From Salpingoeca rosetta (Eukaryota > Protista > Choanoflagellata): 64,000 nt of DNA. Position numbers and translations under genes: made by a program. The notes under the pieces were generated by a model, which searched no databases, was not told the DNA's origin, and worked only from the letters and a program-made list of their open reading frames with translations. The stretch is from assembly GCA_033442325.1 (NCBI GenBank), contig JAWQFM010000006.1, forward strand, positions 1,081,200 to 1,145,199, written 5' to 3'. Of this stretch, positions 14,248-34,916 are shown piece after piece (the first letter of the stretch is position 1; every line of letters starts with the position of its first letter).

Positions 14248-16332
14248 CAGACACACACACACACACACCTTGTTGAAGTGGTCGAACATGGCGTGTGGAT
14301 CCGGAATCCGGCGTGCGTTCCAGTTGAAGACGCATCTTGGCCCAAAACCGCCGTCAGCGCCGTCCACGCACGTGTATCCTTTTCCGCAGCGCCAGCAAGG
14401 TATAGGGAAGGGAAATGAGGTGTGGGGTGGGAGGTGGGAGCAGAGCTTGATATGGGGGATGAAGGTTGCAAACTCAAAGGTAAAAGTACACACGAACAGA
14501 TAAATACACAAACAAACAAACCAACCAACCAACCAACCAACCAACCAACCAACCAACAAACCAACAAACCAACAAACCAACAAACAAGCACATGAGATTG
14601 ACCTGAGGAGAGGTGGAAGCCGTCGCAGAGAATGTCATGCGAGTGGCAGAGGGACACAAACTTCTTCAGCTGCTCCTGCGCATCGGGCGCCTCTGTGTAT
14701 GCCATTGTGCTGCCAAGATAGCCTGCACCCACCCACACACACCCAGCACACGCACATGTGAGCGAGAGTGGGGGTAGACAAGAAGAAGCAGAGCACACAC
14801 ACACACACACACACAGACATGCACACACACACACACAGACAGACAGGCACATACATGCTCACACGAAACCCTTTTCCCGTCACACGACGACAGCAGCTAA
14901 TGCGGCTCACCGAGGCACCAGCGAGGCGGCATGAGTGGCCGGCCAATCAGTCGTGACACATCCTGCACCACAGACTTCAGATCTGAAACAGTGCGACGAT
15001 TGGGAGTGGGTGAAGAGAGAACAAAGCAAGAGTGCATGGCGATGCATTTTGAGTGCTTGGTGTGATATGCACGTAAAGGGAAACAAACGCGCACAAACAC
15101 ACAGATAGACAGACAAGCAGGCAGACACACACACAGACACACACAGACACACACAGACACACACACGCACACACACCCTGGCCGAAGATCATGTAGTACT
15201 CGAGGTCGCCGTCTTCAAACTGGGTGTAACGGTACGAACCGCGGAACGCGCTAATCTCACTACCAAGGTCCATGACACCACGCGCAGAGGAGTCGTACAC
15301 CATCGCATACCATCCCAGGCTGGCGCCAAGCTGCCGCGAATCGCTGCTTTCTTCCTGCGTCGAGAACGCGGGTGACGTGACGGATGTGGGCGAGGTTGGC
15401 GATGCCGTGTCGTCATGCTCGACGCTGTCCAGCAGTTTGTGCAGCATTGCGCTTGTTGTGCTGCGCTGGTACTCCTCGTCCTCCTCGCCCAGCGGCGGCT
15501 GTTGTGCCGCTGCATCAGCGTCTGCCGGCGGGGAGCGCACGTTGACAAACACAATGGGACAGTGCTTGTACAACGGCCCGGAGACCTGGCGGTTGGTGGG
15601 ATCGCAGGAATAGCCCATGGCGTCAATGGCATCCAGACGCACGCGCGTGCCGTAGCGGTTGATGCGGCCAGCCGCCTCGCCCAGACCAAAGTACGCCTCC
15701 TCCTGCGCGCTGCGCCGCTCCATGTAGTGTGTCACGCTGCCGTGGCCCTGGTGGTCGCCATCGCCGCCGCTGTGACCAACACCGCGGTCGTACGTGTACG
15801 GCGAGCTGGGGAGGTCGCGGGCCACGAGCGCATCCTTGAAGTGCCATGCCAGTGCTGGGGGCTCGCCCGGCTTGGCGGTCGCAGACACGCGCACAGATGA
15901 GCTGCTCATGCTCCAGCCCGATCCCTTCTGGTTCTCGCAGACAACATTCACTGCCTCGCTTGAGCCAGAAAACAGATCGTCCCGCCGCGACCCATGCACA
16001 CGCAGAAATTCTGCGCCAGGGTGTCCCTCATCCAGGAACCCCGTGGCCACACTCTGGCTGCACGGCTTCTCTGCATCATCATCATCATCATTGGTGGTTG
16101 TGGTGGTGCGGGTTGTTGGATCGTGTGTTGGATCGATAATCCAGGAGCGATCCACGCGCCGCTTTCCATCGGGGCACAGCGTTACCCGCACAATGTGATC
16201 CTCCACAAACTGGACGCGCAGCTCTTCCCCTCTCGCTCCTCGAATCACGCCAGCGCCAGCGCCAGCGGCACCATCGCGGCCATCCTTGCCGTTGCTGTCG
16301 CTGGCAACCAGCAGTGGCACAACCCGCGACAT
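10137..16332 (-). CDS. Glycoside hydrolase family 31 alpha-glycosidase, Aec37-like subfamily
   Basis: Motifs [76 protein letters not shown] (nucleophile, ~13320-13340), [14 protein letters not shown] (acid/base), [18 protein letters not shown] and TEPW. Large first exon 16332-15178; last exon ends at 10137. Confidence 0.9.
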
Positions 16333-16565
16333 CTTGTTGCTTCTTCTTCTGCTGTTGTGCTGTGATTTGTTTGCAGAAAATCTATTGAAAGTTTCAACAA
16401 ATTGTCGTGCCACTTTCTGGACTCGCATTTGCTGCTGGCGGATTTGGTGTGCACGTGTGTTTGTTGTTGCCTGTGCTGCTGAGGTGCTTGTCTTTGCGAT
16501 CCTTGCTTGTTGGCTCGTGTGCGTGTTGCTGTTCTTTTTGGGAGTTGACGGGCTGTTGGGGTAAG

Positions 16566-19394
16566 ATGCGACTGCGCAGCAATCTGAGCACCAGCCCTGG
16601 TGCCAACCGTGCGGAGGTGCCACCGAGCACGGCAACACGCAGGCGCACGCGTCGCCGCAGGGAGCTTGAAGAGCAGGAGGAAGGCAGCGAGCAGACGGTG
16701 GAGCAAACGCCTGTGAAGGCAACAGCAACCAAGACACCCAAGAAGAGCACTGCGAAGCGGCGCACAGCGACCAAGAAGACCAAGAAGACGCCGAAGAAGA
16801 CGGAGCAAGAAGCCGAGGCAAGTAGCCAAAACACAGACGGCCAGCAGAAGCAGAAGCAGGAACAGGGTGATGTTGATGGTCACAAGGACTCCTCAAACGC
16901 GTCTGGGGAGGCGTCGCCGCCGCACACACCGACTCGCACACCCGCAGCCAGGAAACACCCGCCACCACAGACCGCCCGGCGATCATCGCGCCGCACCCGC
17001 GACGTGCCGGAGGACAACTGGGTGCAGGAGGCGACATCTTCGCCAGTGCTGAACCGCAAGCAGAACATGCGTCGCCTGAACTTGGATGAGGAGGACGACA
17101 CGGAGGCGAAGGCCCCAACTTCAGATGACAGCGCTGGCGAGCAGGCGCAGAAGGAAGCAAAGAAGACCAGCAAAACGCCAAAGAAGAAGCAGAAGAAGAA
17201 GCAGGAGAAGAAGCAGGAGCAGACACAGAGCAGCGCAACAGCAGCATCCACACAGTCCAACGTGGAGGCCGCCAATGACCAGAGCGCAGCACAGAAGAAG
17301 GCAGTAAAGACGAAGCAGCAGCCTGCAAAGGATACAGCCAACAACGGGAGCAGTGCTGGTGCTGTTGATTATGTTGATGACGACGATGCGCCTGCGGAAG
17401 TGAGCCTGGGTGTCAGTCGTGACGCCGTCTTGCAGCGACTCGCAGCAGAGAAGGCCGCCGCAAAGAGGTTCGCATTGCAGTGTGCGGTGTGTGTGTGTGT
17501 GATTATGTGTGATTGTGTGTGTGTGTGTCGTCGTGTTAAAAGGAGTTGTTTGTAGTGTCGCGTGCTGTGTGCAAAGTGATCTCACCACATTGTCTTTGCG
17601 TCCTGTTTGTGTGCAGGATTGATGACCGCCGGAGAGCGCGTGTGCGCGAAGCCCGCGAACGCCGCAAGTACGAGTCGACGCTTTGAGAGATGGCGGGGAT
17701 GTGCAAGGGAGCGAGTGTGCTTGTGTGCGTGAGATTGGGTGATTGTGTGTGCGTGTGGTTGTGCTTGCGTTTGAAGGGGGAGCAGGTGGAGTTGTGCAAT
17801 GCGTTGAAAGAGATTTTTGGGCGTGCAGCGCAAGCCACAACCAGAGACAACGGCAACACGGCCTCACAGCATGGCTTGACTGTGGACGCGTGTGTGTATG
17901 TGTGTGCGGGTGTTCAGGGCGCAGAAGGCGAATTCGAAGGAGACGCAGCTGCTTGATCCCGCCATGCTCGAGCAGCTGGAGCAGGAGCACGGCCACGAAA
18001 CCGGTGCGGGCAAGAGAGCGAGAGAGCGAGAGAGAGTGTGTGTGTGTGTGTATATGTGTATATATGTGCATGTGTTTATGTGTGTATATATGTGTGTGTA
18101 TGTGTGTATGTGTGTGTGGTGCTTTGGGTGCGTGTTTTGGAAGCGCGAGTTTAAGTGGCTGTGACTGCCAAACACGCGTGACTGCATGGTTGCAGCTGTT
18201 GTGGTTGTTGATGTTGTATTTCTGACGCCCACGTCACACTGCACATTGTTACACTGCAGTGATCCCGGCGTATGCTGGGCAGCGCGTGGTGTTTGATGAT
18301 TCAGAGGACGAGGACGAGGACGACGAACGCGCACGCATGCAGCTACAAGGTGGGGGATGCTCGTTGCTGGAGAGAGGCAGGGAGAGAGTTTGTGTCTCTG
18401 TATGAGGCTGTATGCGTGTGTGACTGTGCGTGAGTGACCTTGTGTGTGCGTGTGTGTGTGTGTGTGGCTCAACTTGAATGAGGGTGGGCACGCGAGCTGT
18501 ATGCGCAATCCTCACGCATGCCTTCTTGTTCTGCTCTCTCATCCCAATGGCCAGACTTTGATGAGGACGAGGACGAGGACGATGAAGACGATGGCGAGCT
18601 GCCCACGAAGAAGACGAAGCGCAAAAGTAACATCACACACACACACACATGCACGCACACACACGCACACGATTGCTGCTTGTTGGTGGTGCTTTGTGTG
18701 AGTGTCGGTGCTTGCTTGCCTCGTGTCTGCCTGACCACCAGCTGACGACCAACTGCTTCGCTGCTGCATTTACAGACGGCCTTGTGTTCCGGCGCGGCGG
18801 CCTCAAAGTTGTGGTGAGTGGCCAGTTGGTGGTGGTGGTGGTGGTGGTGGTGGTGGTGGTGGTGGTGGTGGTGGTATTGATTTGTTCTTGTTGGAGAGGG
18901 GATTGGGGATGGAATGGGAGGAAGTGGTGTTGGTGACAGCTCTGTTGCGATATGTGCTCGTGCTGGATACCCGCATACAGTTCTTCACATGCTCACTTAC
19001 ACACGCACACACGCACACACACACATGCACATGACTGTGCAGTCGCTGAAGGAGCGCGAGGGCGTGCTTGGGCGCAAGACAAAGCCGTCCACGCTCAAGT
19101 TCATGCGCAAGCAGCGGCTCGGACAGGAACAGCGAAGATGTATGTGCAAGTTTGTGTGCGGGTGGATGCGGTTGTGTGCACGATCGGTGCGTGTTTGCGG
19201 GGTGTGGAGGTGAAAGACGTAAAACCAATGGGTGCTTGCTTGACCCGCCCTTGAGACAGGCTCGCGCATCCCTGCCGTTCTTACCATGTTCCTTTTTGGT
19301 TGTGATTGTGCGTGTGATTGTTCTGTTGCATGCAGCGCACTTCCGGCGAGCGCGGCGCATTGGCAGCATGGCCGCCAACTTTGGCCGCCGCTAA
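16566..19394 (+). CDS. Low-complexity charged nucleolar-type protein, NOL7/U3-snoRNA-associated-like
   Basis: Long K/E/Q-rich exon 16566-17467 ending DDDDAPAEVSLGVSRDAVLQRLAAEKAAAKR. Spliced exons IDDRRRARVREARERRK, LLDPAMLEQL, RVVFDDSEDE, GGLKVV and STLKFMRKQRLG. The family call rests on the DDAPxEV motif and composition only. Confidence 0.45.
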
Positions 19395-19719
19395 CCGACG
19401 ACTTGATAAAGGAGGAGGAGGGGAAGGGAACGGGGTGGTGTGGTGAAGAGGATGGGGAAGAGGGGGCTGAGTGCTTGAGATTGTTTGTTTGAGGTGCCGG
19501 GGCGGGGGTTGTGGTGCGAGCAGAGGACGGTTGAATTGACATAGACAGTAAATCAACGAGCAAAGAAGCCGTGCAAGCAGGACGAGGGGGTTGCTTTCTT
19601 CAGTGTGGTTGGTTGTGAGCAAGGGTTGTTGTGCATGTCAACCCACGGCATTGTGGACGATTCGCTGTCATTTCCTGTAGTTTTCGGCAATTCGGAGGAC
19701 AACAACAACCATCATCATC

Positions 19720-27412
<7,693 letters not shown>

Positions 27413-27874
27413 CCTTATGTGTGTGTGCGTGTTTCCTGCATTGTAATGTTGTACGTGTATGCGCAGGCTCAACCCTCTCCGCTTTACTGTTCAAGCCGTC
27501 TCCTTTGTGTTCTTTCCCATGCGGACGGCTAGGCTGTTTACATTTGAATTTGAAAGACATACAATACTGCAACAAGCACGCCAGCGAGCAAGCGAGCAAG
27601 CCAGCATGCAAGCAATGATACAATCGAAATGGGAGTCGCTGTTGGCTGTTGTCAACGCGCAAAGGCCCACTACGGCACGCTCGACAGCGGCAGCGAAGGT
27701 TAGACAAAGCAGGTGGTAACTGCAGCTTTGTCAGGTTGCTCGGTGAAATCGATAACACAACTTCGACAAGTAGGCAGGCAGGGCAGAGCAGAGAAATGCA
27801 AGAGTTCGCGCGCATTGTGGTGTCATCAAGAGAAAACGGAATACCCCCTTCCTCCAATTGACGACGCCAATGAA

Positions 27875-28097
27875 TCACTTCAGGAACAGAAGGTAGACGC
27901 CGGTGGCTAAGCAGGTGAGGCTCACGAGCCAGTGTAATCTAACCCCAATCACGGCACCTGCCCATGCATCAAGGAGCATCCTCCGGGTGAGAGCTGGTGA
28001 GAGCGGCCATGGAACAGGACCAATGCAAGGAGTGGAAAGAAGCGGTAACAACATAGCCACTGTTGCAGACAAAACAGAACCGTGGGCACATGGGAGC

Positions 28098-28164
<67 letters not shown>

Positions 28165-28939
28165 GCTGTCCTTCACTCTACTGTGATTGGCGCAGTGCTG
28201 GCGTTCGAACAAGTCCACACAAGCTCAACACACACTGTCTTTCTGGTGCAGTCCTGCATGAGGTGCCATGCATGCACACTCACACGCACCTTTGTACAAG
28301 ACGCCGAAGAAGCCTTGTTTCTCAGAGAGGAAGAAGTCCTTGAGGCGGGGCACGCGCTTGATGTATGCACAGGTGCAAATCATCAGCAGCACAAACACCA
28401 CCATGCCATCCATGTGGTACACTGCGTTCGATTATGTGAGAGTGATGTGAGTGGGGATGGAGTGGAGGGGGGGGGCAAGGGGTAAGAGGTGGGGTGGAGT
28501 GGGGATGGGGTGGGGATGGGGTGAAGGAGGCAGGGATTAGCAGACAGACACAGACAGACAGGTCGACAGACAGACACACACACACACACATACACACACA
28601 CACAACACATACACAGAGAACACAGACAGACAGACAGACAGACAGACAGACCCAAACACACACATACACACACTTACACACACACACACACACACNNNNN
28701 NNNNNNNNNNNNNNNNNNNNNNNNNNNNNNNNNNNNNNNNNNNNNNNNNNNNNNNNNNNNNNNNNNNNNNNNNNNNNNNNNNNNNNNNNNNNNNNNNNNN
28801 NNNNNNNNNNNNNNNNNNNNNNNNNNNNNNNNNNNNNNNNNNNNNNNNNNNNNNNNNNNNNNNNNNNNNNNNNNNNNNNNNNNNNNNNNNNNNNNNNNNN
28901 NNNNNNNNNNNNNNNNNNNNNNNNNNNNNNNNNNNNNNN

Positions 28940-29006
<67 letters not shown>

Positions 29007-29022
29007 GCTGACCATTCGCCAT
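27875..29022 (-). CDS. TMEM167B: Protein kish-B (TMEM167B)
   Basis: Exons 29022-29013, 28421-28290 and 27957-27875 give MANVYHMDGMVVFVLLMICTCAYIKRVPRLKDFFLSEKQGFFGVLYKGAVIGVRLHWLVSLTCLATGVYLLFLK*. Confidence 0.9.
28696..28939. other. Assembly gap (N run) inside a CA-repeat intron of kish-B
   Basis: Run of n. Confidence 1.
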
Positions 29023-29115
29023 CCTTGCTTCTTGTTTGTTGCTGTTGTTGGCGATTGGTGGAAATCATTCACACGTTTCTACAAGCACGCTGCACACAAG
29101 ACGACGACGAAGAAC
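29023..29115. promoter_or_regulatory. Putative ultra-compact bidirectional promoter (kish-B / RRP46)
   Basis: Only 93 bp between two divergent start codons of conserved genes. Confidence 0.55.
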
Positions 29116-29419
29116 ATGGCTGATGCACGAGTTGATGGACGGAAGGCAATGGAGTTGCGCCCAATGCAGTGCGACTTGGCGTTGCTGGACAAGCCGGATG
29201 GCTCTGCCTCCTTCTCCTTTGGCGACTCATCTGTGATGGCAGCAGTCTATGGTGTGTGTATGTGTGTGTGTGTGAGTACACATGGTGTGCATGTGTGTGT
29301 GCATGTGGATGTCTAAGTCTGTCTGTTCCGCACCTCCACTGTGTCTTCAATCGCAACTCAGCCATCTCACATGCGGCACCTCACACACACACACATCCAC
29401 ACACACATACGTACACACG

Positions 29420-29458
<39 letters not shown>

Positions 29459-30383
29459 CCACCAGGGCCTCGGGACGTGCCGTTGAGCAGAGAAAAGCAC
29501 GACAGATCAACGGTGGAAGTCGCTTGGCACTCGGCGCCTGTACGTTTGGAGACCTGTGATGTGTGCGAGAACGGCACGCGGATTTGAGGGTGGAGGGAGG
29601 CGGATATGCATAATGCATGACGCACTGACTCGCAAGGTCATTGCCTGCACCGCCACACTCACACAACCTCCATTCGTGTCATCTCTCTCTCTCTCTCTTC
29701 CTGTGCATGCGTGTGACTTTTCTCCTTGTTTTGGTTTCCAATCCCCCCCCCTCCAAGGATAACGAGCAAGGCGCAGCGCTGCAATCTCATCTGACCGAGT
29801 TTGTTGTCAACGCGCTGGCTAGCATCCATGACTTCCCGCGGTCCGCGATCCGTGTTGTCATTCAAGAGCTGAACAACGACGGTGGCATGCTGGCCTGTGC
29901 CATCAACGCCACGTGCCTTGCGCTCATGGATGCCGGCATCTCGCTCACCGCCATGTTTGCTGCCGCATCATGCGCTGTGGTGGATGGCCAGCTCATCCTG
30001 GACCCCACCCTCATCGAACAGAACGTGAGTGATGGTAAATGTGTTTGTATGCGTGTATGTATTTGTGTGTGTGTGCGTGTGTATGTGTGTGTGTGTGTGA
30101 AAGAGGACGGTGTGTAGAAGCTACTCGTGAGCTGCGTGCATTGCGACTGAATCTTGTTTTCAGGCGTCCTTTTGACGGCGATTTCCTTTGTTCATGCGTC
30201 TGCGCTGCCTACGATGACAGAAGGCGAATGCTGTTGTCGTCACGGGCGCGTGTAAGCAGGCATCGAAGGTCAACGCTGCGGAGTTTGTCGCCCTACACTC
30301 GTCCGGGCCCTGTGCTCCCAAACAGGTGCAGCCCGTTCACTGACCCACGTCTTGCATACACACACACAAGCACACACACACAG

Positions 30384-30453
<70 letters not shown>

Positions 30454-30619
30454 ACACACACACACACACACACCAGAATATGCTCACCTCCAGCATATCC
30501 TCCTCTCGTCCTCCCCCCCCCCCCGATTTCCCTTTTGCCAGATGGTGACGGTGCTCGAGGCCGTGGAGAGCGCAACTGCCGCAGTGGCCGCGTTTTTGCG
30601 AACAGCAAAGAGCAAATGA
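29116..30619 (+). CDS. EXOSC5: Exosome complex component RRP46 (RNase PH family)
   Basis: RVDGRKAMELRPMQCDLALLDKPDGSASFSFGDSSVMAAVYG|PRDV and FPRSAIRVVIQELNNDGGMLACAINATCLALMDAGI...LILDPT. Ends ...FLRTAKSK*. Confidence 0.88.
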
Positions 30620-31224
30620 GGCAACTTGGCGCCGGTTGCTGGCACGCATGCACGTTGGCACCTACGCAAGCAGGCACTGATGTACTGAAAAGATGCCCCG
30701 AAAAGGACCCGCGTCACCCACCTGCACACACACACACACACATTCACACACGTTCACACACACATTCACACATTCACACATTCACACACACCACACACAC
30801 ACACACCACACACACACACACACACATACACACCCATTCACACACACACACACATTCACACACACACAGTGTCCTCTCTGTTGCCCGCCATTTTGTTTTT
30901 GTCAGTTGCGCTTTGACAAGTTAATTGGACGTCATAGGTTGATTTGGTGGTCGCTCTCGTGTACATATGATGAGACTGCAACCGCCGTTTCCTTCAAATA
31001 CAACACAGCCAGTCGCACAATCCGTCACGTCAACATCAATCTGTCAAATGCACGAGATGCACACCACCGCCAAAGAATACCAACCACAGTTCCAAGCAAC
31101 AACACCAGCGTCAAAGCATGGCTCAGCACATCCCAACGGACCACACCACACCCCAGCATCCCATCCCATCCCAACACCACACCCCAGCATCCCATCCCAA
31201 CACCACACCCAGCATCCCGTGTGA

Positions 31225-32994
31225 TCACATCGCATCACTCGCGTCGCGGCGCTGCGCGTGTGCGTGCAGTGCATTGATGACAGCGGTGAGCAGGTGGCGG
31301 TGGCGGCCCGCTGCTGCCACTTGGCTGCTTGCATCCACGCCGTCGCAATCGCGGTGTACACCGGAGGAGAGGGCACGCGCGAGACGGGACAGCTGCTGGC
31401 AGAACAGCGGAAACGAGAGGAGGGGTGGGGCGGATGCAAATACAGAGGCGACATCATCACCCTCTCGCAGCACCACACGAGATGAATGGGACGCAGGCTC
31501 ACTACCACCATCCCTGGGGAGCGCAGTGAGCGTGGGGGCGCATGCAGTGGCGAGTGAGGCGAGGGCTGTTGCTGGGACGACGAGAAACACGAGCAGGCGC
31601 CGCGCAACAGCGGGCGATGCTCTGACGGCGAGCAAGCGAAACAAGTGTGACGCCTCTGCAGAAAAGAAAGGGTTGCGCTCAACAGCCATTGTCGTCAGCG
31701 ATGTCAGCGGTTCAAAGTACTCAGCACTCAACTCCGGCGCTGCTGCAGTCTCTGTTGTGGATGCAGTTGCGGTTGCAGCTGTGCTTGTGCGCATTGCTGT
31801 TGTTTGACGTTGTGACGTCGTTGCTGAAGGTTGGGAGAGGGTGGTTGTACGTATGTCGTGGCACAGCTGCTCTTCAGCTCCAGCCAGCGACTGCTGCTCA
31901 AGCTGCACAGCCACCGCGTGCTCGTTTTGCGCACGCACTTCCTTGTCTCCCACACCTCTCCCATCCCGCTCTCCTGGCTGCGATGGCACATGTTCCTGTG
32001 CCTGTACGTGTGTCTGCGCGTGTGCCGTTGGTGTTGGGCATTGGCAGAGGGAGCGGGAGATGTGCACGTCTGACGGGTTCACGTCCTCCCCGCCATCAGC
32101 CGCCATCATCTCAATCGTCGGCACTACCACGCTCGCCGTCATCGCCGCCGCCGTCGTTGTTGTTGTTGTTGCTGCTGCTGCTGTTGGCGCTGCTACTGCT
32201 GCAGTGGTTTGTGCTGCGGGCGCATGTGGTGGCGGTTGAGGTGGCGCTGTCACGGGTGTCGGCCACTTCATCACGCTCAATTTCGTTGCTGTGCCGCTTG
32301 ATGCGCGCGCGCGTGTGTGTTGTTGAGCACTGGCCTCTCGCTGCCCACCACCACTACTAGCACCACTGCTACTACCATTGGTGGTCGCTGTTGTCTTTGG
32401 GCGCCAGCGAAACACGGGCTGCCGTCGTGTTGGCGAGGATGGTGTTGATGTTGAGAGGGGCGACGGTGGCAGCTGGTGCTGTGGCAGCGCTGGTGGCGCC
32501 ACGGGGAGTGCTGGCGTTGATTGCGACAGCAGTGATGCTGCGGTGGTGGTGGTGGTGGTGGTGCTGTTGTTGTTCAGTGTCCAGGTTGCAACGCGTGTGT
32601 GCATGTGGGCCATCATCTGCTGGACGAGGGGCGCCTTGATCACCCAGTCGGTTTTGGTGTCGCACAGCAGCGACGGGTTGTTGTTGATCTCCAGCACCCA
32701 CGGGTGTCCTTCCTCGTCAAACATCACGTCAAGTCCAAGCATGTGCATCACGGTGCTTCCTCCATCGCCATGTGTGCTCCCGCCTGGCCCCAGGATCGCG
32801 TCGGCGCCTGTTGCCACCATCCCCGCCAGGCCCGCCAGTGTGTGCGAAACGCATGCGTGCAAGCGCTCTTGCAAGAGACGGATGTCGTGTCCTTCGCGTT
32901 CTAAACGCGCCCACACCAGCAGCAGGTTTTGTTTCGTGTGTGTCTCCAAGTCCTCGGCAGCCACATGCTTGGAGTCTTGTCGTTGTTGTTTAAC

Positions 32995-33065
<71 letters not shown>

Positions 33066-33079
33066 GCTGTTGTTGTTGC

Positions 33080-33151
<72 letters not shown>

Positions 33152-34479
33152 GGCTTTGTTTGGCGTCGTTGTCGCTGTGACGGCTGCTGAAACTTCTTGC
33201 CTCGCTTGCCTTTCCTTCCAGACCCCCTTACCTTGACCTTCGCCTTCACCCCAACACTACCATCACCACCATCACCACCATCACCATCACCGTGCGTGTC
33301 GCTGCCAGCAGTGTGCTCGCGCTCTGCTGCGAGGGCATCGCCTGGTGCGTAGCCGGTCGACGCCTCCGCAACGAATGCGCGGCTGTCCTTGTTGAGGTGG
33401 TAGTTTGTGAGGTGCATGAACACGTTTGCGTCGTTGTCCTGGGAGGGGCGCGCGTACGGGGCGGTGCAGAAGCGAACCAGCCCGTCACGGTACAGATACG
33501 CCCGCAGCGGCTGCACGCTCGTCACCACCACATACAGGCGAAAGTCAAACTTGAGCCCCCGCAGCAGCATGGGCCGGGCAATGTACTCCTGCACCACCTG
33601 GCGGAACACAAACGCCGCGTCGCACAGGTCTTCACCGGTCCACAGCTGGATGCCGGTCCCACCACGTGCTGCGTAGGGTTTCGTGATGTAGTACGCGCGC
33701 GGATCGCGGTGGGGCGGCAGCTCCTCCACCCACGTCCTCGGCAGCACCCGCGGCGCATCCGGATTCAGCTGCGATCATAGCACATGTTGTGTGTGTTGTG
33801 TTGTGTGTGTGTGTGTGTGAGTAAGTGAAGGTTGGCGGCTGCGCTTGTACGTTTGGTGCTGTGTGTGTGTGTGCGTGTGTGTGGGTGCGTGAGGGTCAGT
33901 TCATGTTGCTGGTGCTAGAGCGTTCGTCCCACTGTTCATGTCATTTGTGCCGTTTGTAAGAGGCGGCGTTGACCGCAAGAGGGAAGTGCGATTCACGCGA
34001 CATGGACGTACTTCAGTGTAGAGGTTGAGCAGCTGTGCAAAGTTGGATTTGATGAGGGCTTCGCGACAGCGTGGGATGCGGTTGGCAATGCGCCCGGGCA
34101 CTGGCAGGAGGCATGCGGTGTAGAACTTGTCGCGCACATCTTTCACCCCGGCGAACCAGGCAATGTCAAAGGTGTCCATGCGCCTGCATGCCACTCGCAT
34201 TCCCAACTGTTCTGCTGCTCGCAGAATCACAGGGTGTCGAGGTGTCTGCAGACCATTCGGAAAGGAGGGTATTGATTGGTTCGTTTGAACGTGTGCGTGT
34301 GATGAATGTGTGATGAATGTGTGATGAGTGTACAAGGTGTGCAATGTGCGTGCGTGTGTGCATGTGTGTGTTTGCGTTCGCTATGTGTGGGAGGTTGAAG
34401 GTAAACACCAACAAACAGTCAAACATGCACACACTGCACACACACACACACACACATCACACATCACACACACACATCG

Positions 34480-34523
<44 letters not shown>

Positions 34524-34720
34524 ACCTTTGTGAATCGAGGGTGGAAATGCCCCAGGGTGAGGCCACGACCAATCTTCTGCCTAACGGCTGCATTGAGTTG
34601 GTTCACTTGTTCTTGTGCAGGGTTACTGCCCCACTCAAACGGCGGCAGCTGCGGGCGTCGGCGTACCACTGCGTCTGCAGCAGGCACGTGCTGCTCACCT
34701 TGGCCGTCCTCATCCGCCAT
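31225..34720 (-). CDS. Tubulin-tyrosine ligase-like polyglutamylase (TTLL6/7/11-type)
   Basis: YITKP, GGTGIQL, VVQEYIARPMLLRGLKFDFRLYVVVTS, YLYRDGLVRFCT, MHLTNY and GLDVMFDEEGHPWVLEINNNPSL. Exons ~34720-34526, 34247-34012 and 33768-31225. Confidence 0.88.
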
Positions 34721-34916
34721 CGCGACGTTGGGTGTGATGAGACACGATGATCTCGATGTCCGGTTGCCCAACGTGGACAGCACAAAATGCAGTGTTACGA
34801 AACCGGTGGTGGATATGTCACATCAACTTTTGCCCTTGTGCGAAACATATAATTTGGTGCGCATTTCGTTCTGTGTTTTGGTTGCTTGCCTCTGGAGAAG
34901 TAGACAGGCGGATATC

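Noticed and set aside
16333-17328. N-terminal extension of the 783-aa ORF upstream of the GH31 start
   Set aside because: It overlaps the opposite-strand gene; the likely start is MSRVVPLL at 16332.
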